Source: the human T2T-CHM13v2.0 reference genome, Homo sapiens
Direction: 5' to 3' (one strand)
DNA: 64,000 nucleotides
Assembly: GCF_009914755.1 (NCBI RefSeq)
Contig: NC_060928.1
Position numbers and translations under genes: made by a program. Position 1 is the first letter of the stretch; every line of letters begins with the position of its first letter. The notes beneath the pieces are model-generated. The model was not told where the DNA came from. It did not search any database and was given only the letters and a program-made list of their open reading frames with translations. This document shows, piece after piece, positions 43,822-56,282 of this stretch.

Positions 43822-44277
43822 CTTGAATAGTCTACACACATTATTTTAGTGATAACATGATGTTAATATTGATGACAAGACAAGAAGATTTCTTAAGAAG
43901 TCTAAATTAGTTCATACAGCTCGATTTCCAAGAATGTGATTTTTTTCAGCTTTCAAATTTCTTCTTTGCTTGTCAGATAAATAAATGAATGATATAATCT
44001 TTGATAGATTATAAAAGCCATATTTAAATGCTGTAATAAACATGAAGAAATACACACAAAAAAACAACAAGAAATATACTTCCTACCATGTTCCTACATC
44101 ACCATACCATTGCTTTTAAATGTGCTTTTAAATGTGCTGCACTAATCAGTTGAGCATCTTTTAGCACACAGGACATTGTATTCAATATGAAATCTCCCAA
44201 TTATTTCTAGGTCTATGTTTAATCCAAATATCAAGAACTGTAAGGCAGAGGCATGAAACATTAAAACTGTTTGCTAG

Positions 44278-45713
<1,436 letters not shown>

Positions 45714-46339
45714 GAGTAAATGAAGTAGTCAGCTGGATATGGGACCTGTCCATAACTCACAATATTTATCATCAGTCCTCTGATAAATAAGTTAATGAAA
45801 ATTTTCAAACTCTCTCACTGATATAAAATTTTATTATTTAAAAACTTGTGGTAATACTGTTTCTCAATTTATTTAAAATGGGTATCCCATTTATGCAGTA
45901 AAGACACATTAATTTGTCCACAAATCAGAAACTCTGCCCTATAAAATACGATATTTTTGCTGCAAATGAGATTTTTCTGAGTGCACAGAGAAGACTGACT
46001 TAAAGTTTAGAAATGATAGTTAATTGGAAAAGAGTTTATTAACTTAAAAATAATGAGTTAAGAGTCCATTAATTTTTAAGTCTTTTCTATAATTAGATTT
46101 AGATTTATGGTGAAGCAATTATTATTGCATCAAATCGATGGTTTGAGCCTTACTATTGTCAACTGAATGAATGTTTTTAAAAGTAAACTTTTTTATCTTT
46201 TTTAATATTAATTGAGTTTTCACGTGTACTCTGCAGGTTGATGCTGCCATACAAAAGCACTGCTTTCTGCATATAGACACTATTACATGAAGATTAGAAG
46301 TTAATATTTGAATACTTCCAAAAATATAAAATGCAGTTA

Positions 46340-46860
46340 AAGAAAAAAAATGATCAACACTCCAAGGAAGCAATCAGTGAAATCTGTCATGTAAGGCATT
46401 CTATAGGGCAAATGACCTTGTTTTTTCAATAAATCAATGATATTAAATGAATAAATAAATAAATAGATAGATAAAGAAGGCTGCTAAAAAACAAAGAAGA
46501 CTTAAAAGAATTCATGATCAAATGCAATGTGTAGACCTTATTTAGATCCTGGTTCAAAGAAAACAACTATAATAATGATTGTTGACAGAATCAAGAACAG
46601 TTGGGCATATAATGACGATATTAAAAAATTAGTACTACTTTTATTTGGTATGAAAATAGTAGCATGATGGTTATGTTAAAAATTTGCTTTTATTTTCTAA
46701 AGTAGAATGTAGCTGTATTCACAGGTAAAATGACAAGATATATGGGCTTTATTTTAAAATCTCCAGGAAAAGAATTAGAGGAGAGTGAGTAAGCCTAGAC
46801 ATGAAAAATATTGATAGATGTTGCACCTGAGTGAGTGGTACATGAGCTTTTGTTATATTA
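46340..46860 (+). mobile_element. Old L1M (MC/ME) 3' UTR fragment
   Basis: aaatgcaatgtgtagaccttatttagatcctggttcaa..gatattaa..gggtacatg-like motif. Confidence 0.55.
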
Positions 46861-46861
46861 T

Positions 46862-46972
46862 TATCTTAATAGGCTTGGGCTAGTATAACAAAATTCCATC
46901 GATTAGGTGGCTTATACGCAACAGACATTATCGTTCACAATTATGAAGTCTGGGAACTCCAAGATCAAGCCC
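46862..46972 (-). mobile_element. MLT1/MST LTR fragment
   Basis: tataacaaaattccat..ggtggctta..caacagacatt..tctggga..tccaagatcaag. Confidence 0.65.
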
Positions 46973-47480
46973 TTCACCTTGTTTCTTTTGTACACATTAT
47001 TTTTTTTTTGAGATTCACTCACATATTTATCTGTAATTCAATCATTTTTATAGTTATATAACGTAAATTTTGTTGCTATAGACATTCTTGTGCATGTGAC
47101 TTGGAACATACAGGCCCAATTTTCTGAAGGTTTTATACCCTATAATACAATAGCTACATTATTGAATATGCTGTTCTTTAACGTAGACGCTTAGTTCACT
47201 TTTATTTGTCTTTCTACTTTTAAAACATATGCATTAAAACATTGTCTTAGCTTCAGCCCACTTATTTTGTAAATGCAACTTTTATTATTTTTGAGTTCAA
47301 AATGTTTCTAATTTTTATTACTATTCATTCTTTGTCCTGATTTTGAAAAGCATTTCTTTAAAAAATTGAAATCTAACACATTAACACATGTACACAAAAA
47401 AGTGCACAAATCATAAGTATTATAGCAAAAATGAAGAGCCTTATAAATTGACCACTTTGAAGTTCCTCTCATCTCCCTTC

Positions 47481-47657
47481 CAAGGCCAAGATTAGGGTAG
47501 GGCAGAAAGGTGCGTAAGGCATTAATTTTAAGAACACAGTTACTCACAGGGTTGTGCATGTGCCAAGCTGGCACTTGCAGGCACTTGTATGAATGTGAGA
47601 GTGAGTATCTCCTTACATCTTGCCTCCTGGCTATCGCACTCTCCTGACCCCAGTTCA
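47481..47657. mobile_element. MER91-like (hAT-Tip100)
   Basis: aggccaagattagggt..aattttaag..gagagtgagtatctcctta. Confidence 0.5.
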
Positions 47658-47679
47658 GGATATGGAAGCCATAAGCAAG

Positions 47680-47780
47680 ACGTAGATGAATGAGCATTGC
47701 TGTGTTCCAATAAAGCTTTACTTGCAAAACCAAGCAGTGGGCCAGATTTTTGACTGCAGACTCTAGATCGCTGATGTCTG
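47680..47780. mobile_element. MER58 fragment
   Basis: gctgtgttccaataaagctttacttgcaaaac..gcagtgggccagattt. Confidence 0.75.
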
Positions 47781-48193
47781 ACCTGAATTCCTTTACCGAC
47801 CTACATAGCAGTTTATTAATTCTCTCTTCAGCTTCATCTAATCTGTTGTGAATCCCATTGGTTTAATTAGTATAATTTTAATTTCTAGATGTCTATTTGC
47901 TATTTTTTTCAAATCTGTTGTCATTTTTTTTTACAATTTCTATTTTCTAAAGTTTTTTTAAGCTTGTCTTTAATTTCTTTAACTGTAGTGGTTAAAATCA
48001 GCATAATGGTTTTATCATCTGTGACTGATGATTCCAGTATCTGAAATCGTTGCAGCTCTGTGTTTGACATTTTTGCTCATGATACCTGTGTTCTTGTGTG
48101 CTTGTTTTTCCTTTATCATATGATCCTCAATATCCTTGCAATTTTTTTTTTCTTGGGGAAATAACTTAGGATAAAGATATGGTCATTAACAGC

Positions 48194-48378
48194 CATGGTT
48201 CTCAAAGTGTGGTCCCTGGACCAGCAACATCAGCATCACCTGAGAATTTGTTAGAAATATAAATTCTTAGGACTCATCCTAGACAAAATAATTAGAAAGT
48301 CTGGGGTTGAGGTCCAGCAATCTGTTTTAATAAACGCTCCACATGAGTCTGATTTATGTTCCAGTTTGAGAATTGCTG
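48194..48378. mobile_element. MER5A
   Basis: TGGTTCTCAAAGTGTGGTCCCTGGACCAGCAACATCAGCATCACCTGAGAATTTGTTAGAAAT..AGTTTGAGAA. Confidence 0.9.
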
Positions 48379-51300
48379 CTTTAAAGAAGATGTTCAAAGT
48401 TTATTAAGTGTCTAGAGTATCTGGGACGTGGTTAAATTCACGTCTTGAGTTTTTTGGGCCTCTCAGATGATGTTAATGTGGGTGGAAAATCTTGACTTGT
48501 ATGGCAAACTTGTCTTGAGGGTGCAGCCACTATGGCCTCAGATTAATGTGGGGAGAATGTCCTATCAGATGCCTGTATCTTGAGTGGACTCTGAAATTTG
48601 ATTGCTCCTCCTCTCATTTCATATGCCCCCTCTAACCGAAGTTCGAAGTTCAAAGAGTGACAAGAACTTCAAATAAAAAGAGCTTTTGTGCCACTTTTTC
48701 CTCTGCCTTCAAACTTGCCCTTCAGTTCTGGTAATTCAGTTCTTCCCTTCTGACTAGTAATACCTTATTTTTTTAGCTTCTTAATGTCTTTGAGGTGATT
48801 TTTTAAATTTTATCCAACAATTTCAGTTTGCTTTCAAAGAGTTAGTTCCAATTTCCTAGCTTGCCATTATAGAAGATGATCTCATGCAGGCATTTCTAGG
48901 ATTAGTTTGTTTTCTTCTAAAACACGATAGAAAACAAAAAAATTTACCTTAGTGGGGACATGGCACTGATTTGAAACATTCTTAAAATGCTTACCTTCTG
49001 ACTTACGCCTCACCTAAGTACAGATTTACTTTCCAATAAAGCCTGTTGGCCTTGTTGAAACTGCTCTCTGTGGATGTTGAAAGTTATTTTGCTTCACACA
49101 TTTATCATACGTGTTTGAATGTGATGCAGCAATTGCCTGAGACTTAAAATTAATCTTTGAGAGTTCATTCATATACTTATTATAATAAATATTCATATTG
49201 GCAGAAAGTGGATCATTCTGAGGTGGAATGTTGCTTTAAGGAAGTGAATTTATTGACTGTTGGATGAAAATAACATATTTATGCAAAACGATTCTGTAAA
49301 GCAACATATGCTATTTGCTTTAAGAGATGTATTCACACAAGAGTGTAGACAGAGAAATAAGTTAAGTTAATTTAAGATTCCAAACCTTCTCACCAGGACT
49401 TTTTTAATGATAATGTGAAAATATTGTTTTTTGCATGGACAGATATTGAAATTGCATAAAGCCACCACAATCTGCAGCTGACCTGATGGATTCTGGTGAG
49501 GTGCATGTAGATTCTAGTGAAAGGAAACCAAATATAATTCTCTGGAGAAATTTGGATTAAAATGAAATATTCTCTGCTTCTCTGTGTTTTTTAAAAGACT
49601 GTTTTGTACTTTGAACATACTGCATTCAGACAACTAAAATAAATGCAAAGGAGCCTGGAAAACTCACTAGCAGTTACACTAGAAGCAGAATGTGGCAATT
49701 ATACTACAGGAGGAGAGAATTTAAAATATTACCTCAGAAAATGTACCAGGATATTGTGATTAGCAATCAAACTGTGACTTCTTTTTTTAATCTAATTATA
49801 GTCTGCATCTACAAGATATTGTTTTATTAGTTATTACAGTGCAGGTAAGCATGGGCAAAAGACTGATCTTGTCTGCAACATATCTGTGGTAATTTCTATA
49901 AAATGAATCTGAGAGTGAATTTGTTTATAACCTCAGGTGATATGATTTCCAGGTCTTCCAAAATTGTTTCCTCAGTTTTTTCTTAATTCCATAGTCAGAT
50001 GTGGATATCTGTGATATGAGTTGTAAGACAACTCAAGAGCCTAAAATTCCCATAAGTTTCTACTGGTTTAGTGAGCAACATATCTGAGAGAAATTGGCTC
50101 TCTTAAAAAGCTCAAAAACGTGTATGCTCAACTACAACAGCATTACAAAATTCTTTATATTAGAACATATTTTAAGACCTCAACATGTCATTGGGCCCCT
50201 TGAGGTATTTATGTGCTCTTGTGCTATTCACTGAAAATATACAAGTTGATCTATAGGATAAATTGTTCAAAAGCTTGCAGCTACATTTACTGCTTAATAT
50301 CACCCCACAGAACTGCCTTTTTTTCATTTCTTATATCCCAAAGTAAATGTGGGTAAAGTAGAAAACAGGGAATAAAATCATTTTTTCCCTGTTGAATCTA
50401 CGTACCTAGACTGTTTTTGGCTAGTTGCTTCCTTATCTCCTTCTGCTTTGAATGTCTTACCTTGTTGTTCCCTTCAAAAATCACCTACTATGTATCTAAT
50501 ACTATGCAAAAAATCTAAAGACCCTCATTCTTCCTTCAAGGAGCTCAATCTAATAGCTACTTAGAAGATAAATGAGTATGTAGTATTGCTTCACAATAGA
50601 AATATGGGCAATGATTTGTAGGAATTTATATAATTGGAGTGAGGATTCATACTATACAAGGGTGCAATGTTTAATGTGAAGAATATTGTTTTCTTATAAA
50701 TACAGGAGCCCGTCAATAGGATTTATAATGTATATATAATGAAATTAAGGTAAAAGTAGACATAGAATCACACAGCAGATTAACTGGGGACCTGGAAAAA
50801 AATTTGATGAGCAATACATCAATATAACTCCCAGTCTACCAACCAATGTTCCCAGGTGAGCCCTGAAGCTCTTGGTATGATGGGGCCTGTGGATAAGCAG
50901 CTAATTGAGCAAGGCCAAATCTTCCCTCTTCTTGTATCATGATATCTGCCTGTGTTTGTCCCAGTACTGGCCATCACAGAATGAAAGTATGGTGAACATG
51001 AAGTGATATTTTTAATAGAATTATAATAACAATTGTCATAACCCAATATGTTATAAAGGTATTTAAAAACCTAGATATTGGAAGGCACTTTCAGAATATG
51101 AGTACTGAAAACCTCCTTAACAATTATTCCACCATTCTTAAACTTATACCTTTGTTTACATGAGAGCCTTGAAGAGCAAAAATGGTCCTGAGAAGGCTGG
51201 AAAATAATATTTTGTGCAAACTTGAGTTATTTGTCAATGACTTTTATAAGCAATTATATGAAATCAGCCCTGTTTTTACTATATGTCTAAATTTCAGTTG

Positions 51301-51474
51301 CACATTTATGTATGAGTTTTGTTTCGTTGTTGGAATAAATCTGCTATGTTATTTAACTTTTCAAAGAAAAATTTGAAGCTGAAATGTATGTAAGGGAAGA
51401 TTAGAGTTTGAATCTACAGGCTTATTATGCCTAACTGAATGTATTTAGGCATTTGTACTCTGTGGGCACTATTT

Positions 51475-52110
51475 TTGAGGAATATACTTGTATGCCTAGA
51501 AAATCTGAAGCAAGTGTGTGAAAAATTAACAGTCACAAAAATGTGAGTAACTCAGTTGAAAATTATTTAAAAATCAATAGCTTTCCTATCTGCCAGCAAT
51601 AACCCCTTAGAAAATGTATTAAAAAAGATTCTTAGTAATAAACATAGAAAATAGTTTAAACAACCTATAAATACCTTAACAAGAAATGTACAGGACTTGT
51701 ATGAGGAAAGCTATATGCTATCACTAAGATACATAAAAGAAATTTAGTAAGGAGAAGTATTTTTTCCTAAAAGGCAAACTGAATATAATAAAAATTTTAT
51801 TCCTTCTAAAACTAAGTATAAATATAAATACAATACAATTGCAATAAAAATTCCAGCTGAACTACTCCAAAATCGGCTGCTAGAAATAATAGGTAAAAAT
51901 AGCTAAGACATTTTTAAAAGAAGAAACATGATATGAGATTTGCATTAACAGATAATAAAATACCATACTGGTAATATTCAATCAAACTATATGTGGGTAA
52001 AATTCATTAAAGGTAAAGACAATTTTCTAATAATAATAGATTATTCAGTGTACTCTGTTGGAATGACTGGTTGTATATAAGAAAAAATAAAATTGAAATG
52101 GAATGCAAAA
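51475..52110 (+). mobile_element. Old L1ME-like ORF2 fragment
   Basis: tgtatgcctagaaaatc..aaaatcaatagctttcctat..cttaacaagaaatgtacaggacttgtatgaggaaa. Confidence 0.7.
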
Positions 52111-52227
52111 ATGACTTCACATTAGTTTCTGATAGAGACAATTCACTTTATTAAGAAAATAAGGAGCAGTCCTGTCAATAAGATGTCAGTCTCCACTTCT
52201 GAAAAGACAACTTTAAGATTCATTTCT

Positions 52228-52950
52228 AGTTTTCCTTATTCTGGTGCAGTAGTCCTTGAGAGAAACCATCTCATCACCAGAGGCAGATGTGTAGTACCTT
52301 AACAGCTCTGAAAGCTTCTTCTGATTTTGAGAGTCTTCATGTATTCCAAGCTTTATGTTTTTAGAGAACTGCTCATAGAACTTCTTGTAGTTCTCTTTAT
52401 CTTCTGCCAGTTCAGTAAAGAGTTCTAAGCATTTTTTGACCAAATTCTTCCTGATAACTTTCAAAATTTTGCTTTGTTGTAACATCTTATGGGAAATATT
52501 TAGAGGGAGATCCTCCGAGTCTACCAGCACTCTAATGAAGTTCAGGTATTCAGGGATTAGCTCCTCACAGTTATCCGTGATGAAAACTCTGCATACATAC
52601 AATTTGATATTGTTCTTTTTCTTTCTGTTTTCAAACAGGTCAAAAGGAGCACATCATGGGAAAATAGAAGGGCTCTGTATTCCAACTGTCCTTCAACTGA
52701 AAAATGCTTCACTGACAAGTGATCTTCCCAGTCATTAGTCAAGCTCTTGTAGAATTCTCTGTACTCCTCATTAGTAATATCATCTGGATTTCTGGTCCAG
52801 ATGGGCTTTGTTTTGTTGAGTTCTTCTTGATCAATGTACTTTTCCTAATCTTCTTCTTCTTCTTCTTGTCACCATCCTTCTTTTCTTCTTCTTCCTCAGC
52901 AGAACCAACATCTTCAATTTCAGGTTTGTCTTCGGATTCTTTCTCTTTTT
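52228..52950 (-). pseudogene. HSP90AA1 (HSP90-alpha) processed pseudogene: inverted coding fragment covering the charged linker and middle domain (about residues 248-487)
   Basis: Intronless and frameshifted. Peptides [118 protein letters not shown] and [22 protein letters not shown] are alpha-type. The numbered pseudogene symbol cannot be determined here. Confidence 0.97.
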
Positions 52951-53268
52951 TTGATGTTTAGAAAATTATTTGTTACATCTTGTAGGACCTACTTTTTGAA
53001 CTTTTCATCCCCTGTAGTTGCCAATTCTGCATGTACTAGTCCTCTAGAAATAGGTTAAACTGAAGCAACTTGATGGAAGGAATTTTCCACAGGGCTTGTT
53101 TTCCAAAGAAAAGTATTATTTGGAGGAGAAAAGTTATAAGCCTACCTAAGCATATCATAAAGCTGTTCAAAAATAACTCAGACCCAGTCTTGTGGATGGA
53201 AACGTAGTGCTTGAGTCACATTCTGCTTAAAGTTGTAACAGATACAGATGAGTTAAAAGAAAAAAAAA
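52951..53268 (+). pseudogene. Non-inverted 3' UTR and poly(A) part of the same HSP90AA1 retrocopy
   Basis: Matches the remembered HSP90AA1 3' UTR (GCATGTACTAGTCCTCTAGAAATAGGTTAAACTGAAGCAACTTGATGGAAGG..GAGTTAAAAGA) and ends in an A tract. A TSD flanks both parts: AAGATTCATTTCT 52215-27 / AAAATCCATTTCT 53265-77. Confidence 0.88.
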
Positions 53269-53516
53269 TCCATTTCTGATATAGTGACCTTGGAGAAGAT
53301 GAAATGCCTCAGTGTGTTTGTTATTAACAAAAATAACAAAGATGAACAAGGACCCAAACTTCTAATAGGGCATTGGGCTTGTCAAAAAGCATGGCCTGAA
53401 TTTCAGCCTCCACACTCTTCTGTCCCCCAAGACCCTTTTTAGCCAGGGAAATATGTGTAGTGCATGTGAGCCCTGAGAGGAGTGTAGCATATAAGCAAAC
53501 TATTATTAATAGGATG

Positions 53517-56282
53517 TTGGCATACCTAAGAAATATTGCAGGTTTGGTTCTAAACCACTACAGTAAAGTGACCATTGCATTAAAGCAAGTCACACACACA
53601 TTTTTTTTTGGTTTTCCAGTGCATATAAAAGTTATGTCATACTATATTGTAGTTTATTAAGACATAATGCTATTATGTCTAAAAAACAATGTACATACCT
53701 TAATTAAAAATATATTTTTCCTAAAGAATGCTAACAATTGTCTGAGCCTTCAGGGAGTCATAATCTTTTTGCTGGTGGAGGATCTTGCCTTGATGTTGAT
53801 GGCTGCTTACAAATCTGGTTGGTGACTGCTGAAGATTGGGGTGGCTGTGGCAATTTCTTAAAATAAGACAACAATGAAGCTTGACACATTGACTCCTCCT
53901 TTTGCAAAAGATTTTTCTGTAGCATGCAGTGCTCTTTGATAGCATTTTATGCACGGTAAAACCTCTCTCAAAATTGGAGTCAGTTCTCTCAAAACTTGCT
54001 GTTGCTTTGTCAACTAAATTTATGTAATATTCTAAACCTTTGGTGTCATTTTAATGATATTCACGGCATCTTCACCAAAAGTGGATTCCATCTCAAGAAA
54101 CCACTTTCTTTGCTCATCCATAAGAAGCAGCTCCTCATCTATTCACGTTCAATCATGAGATTGCAATGATTCAGTCACATCCTCAGTCTCTCCTAATTCT
54201 AGTTCTCTTGATATTTCCATCACATCTGCAGTTACTTCTTCTACTAAAGTCTTGAACCTGTCAAGGTCATCAATGAGGGTTGGAATCAATTTCTTCAGTT
54301 AATATTTATGTTTTGACCTGCTCCTATGAATCTCAAATATTCTTTATGGCATCTAGAATCGTAAATCCTTTCCAGAAGATTTTCAATTTACTTTACCCAG
54401 GTCCATCAGAGGAATCACTATCTTTGGGAGCAACAGCCATATGAATTGTATTTATTATATAATAAGACTTGAAACTCAAAATGATGCCTTGATCCATGGG
54501 CTACAGAATAGATGTTGTATTAGTAGGCATAAAAACAACATTCACCTACTTGTACATCTTCATCAGAGCTCTTGGTGACCAGGTGCATTATCAATGAACA
54601 GTAATATTTTGAAGGGAATCAAATTTTTCCTTCTGAGTAGTAGATCTCAACAATGGGTATAAAATATTCAGTGAACCATTCTGTTAATAGATGTGCTATC
54701 ATCCAGGCTTTATTGTTCAATTTATAGAGCACAGGCAGAGTAGATTTAGTATAATTTTTAACCTTAGGATCTTTGAAATAGAAAGGGGAATTGTTTCACC
54801 TTAAAGTTACCAATTGCATCAGCCTCCAACGAAAGAGTCAGACTATTCTTTGAAGCTTTGAAGCCAGGCATTGACTCCTCCTCTCCAGCTATGAAAGTCC
54901 TCGGTGGTATCTTTATTTTTTTTTTAACTTTTATTTTAAGTTCAGGGATACATGTGCAGGTTTGTTATATAGGTAAACTTGTGTCATGAGAGTTTGTGGT
55001 ACAGATTATTTCATCACCCAGGTATTGAGCTAGTACCTATCAGTTATTTTTCTGGATCCTCTGCCTCCTCCCACCCTCCATGCTCAGGTAGGTCCAAGTG
55101 TTTGTTGTTCCACTCTATGTGTCCATGTGTTCTCATCATTTAGCTCCCACTTATAAGTGAGAACAGGCAGTATTTGATTTTCTGATGCTACATTAGTATG
55201 CTAAGGATAATGGCCTCTAGCTCCATCCATATTCCTGTAAAGACATGATCTTGTTCTTTTTTATGGCTGCATAGTATTCCATGGAGTACCACATTCTTTC
55301 AATAAAGGGTATTTCATCTATAATGAAAATCTGTTGTTTAGTGTGGCCACCTTCATCAATGATCTTAGCTAGATCTTCTGGATCACTTGCTGCAGCTTCT
55401 CTATCAGCACTTGGTGCTTTACCTTACACTTTTTTGTTATGGAGTCAGCTTCTTTTCTTAAATCTCATGCACTGATCTCTGCTAACTCTCAACTTTTCCT
55501 TTTCAGCTTCTTCACCTCTCTCGGCCTTCATAGAATGGAATAGAGTTAGGGCCTTACTCTGGATTAGGTTTTGGCTTAAGGGAATACTGCTGTTGTTTTG
55601 ATCTTTTATCCAGACTACTAAAACTTTCTCCAACTCAGCAAAAAGGCTATTTCACTTTCTTATCATTTCTGTATTCACTTCAGTAGCACTTTTAATTTTC
55701 TTCAACAACTTTTCCTTTACATTCATAACTTGGCTAAGTATTTGCTGCAAGAGCTTAGCTTTCGGCCTATTTTGCTTTTGAAATATCTTCCTCATTTAAC
55801 TTAATCATTTCTAGCTTTTGATTTCAAGTGAGAGATCTGTAACTCTTCCTTTTATTTGAAAACCTAGAAGCCACTGTAGGGTTATTAACTGGCCTGCTTA
55901 CGATATTGTTGTATCTCAGGGAATAGGGAGGATCAAGGAGAAAGAAAGAGATGGGGAAACGGGCAGTTGGTAGAGCAGTCAGAACACACACAACATTTAT
56001 CGATTAGTTCGCTGTCTTATATGAGTGTCGTTCGTAGTGCACCAAAACAGTTATGTTAGTAACATCACAGATCACCATTCTAGATAAAACATAATGAAAA
56101 AGTTTGAAATATTGTGAGAATTACCAAAATGTGACTCAGAAACACAAAATGAGCACATGCTGTTGGAAAAGTGGTGCCAATAATCTTGCTTGATACAGGA
56201 TTGCCACAAAACTCTAATATGTAAAAAATATAGTATCTGCAAAGTGCAATAAATCAAAGTGCAATAAAATAAGGTATGACTG
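53517..56282 (-). mobile_element. Near full-length Tigger1 with decayed transposase
   Basis: Termini ttGGCATACCT / AGGTATGaCTG. Transposase remnants [38 protein letters not shown] (55445-55633) and KMLS.S.ACYR.IF (53721-53954). About 2.4 kb without the L1 insert. Confidence 0.95.
54912..55294 (-). mobile_element. L1PA15/16-like 3' end inserted in Tigger1
   Basis: Poly-T, AACTTTTATTTTAAGTTCAGGGATACATGTGCAGG..CTCCCACTTATAAGTGAGAAC..ATGGCTGCATAGTATTCCATGG. Confidence 0.93.

Noticed and set aside
44111-44138. 12-bp tandem duplication TGCTTTTAAATG (and a 25-bp-period one at 28178-28224)
   Set aside because: These are ordinary slippage duplications with no further signal.
52213-52602. 129-aa HSP90 ORF as a functional gene
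   Set aside because: It is an intronless internal fragment with flanking frameshifts, lacks the N-terminal ATPase and C-terminal domains, and lies inside a TSD-flanked retrocopy.
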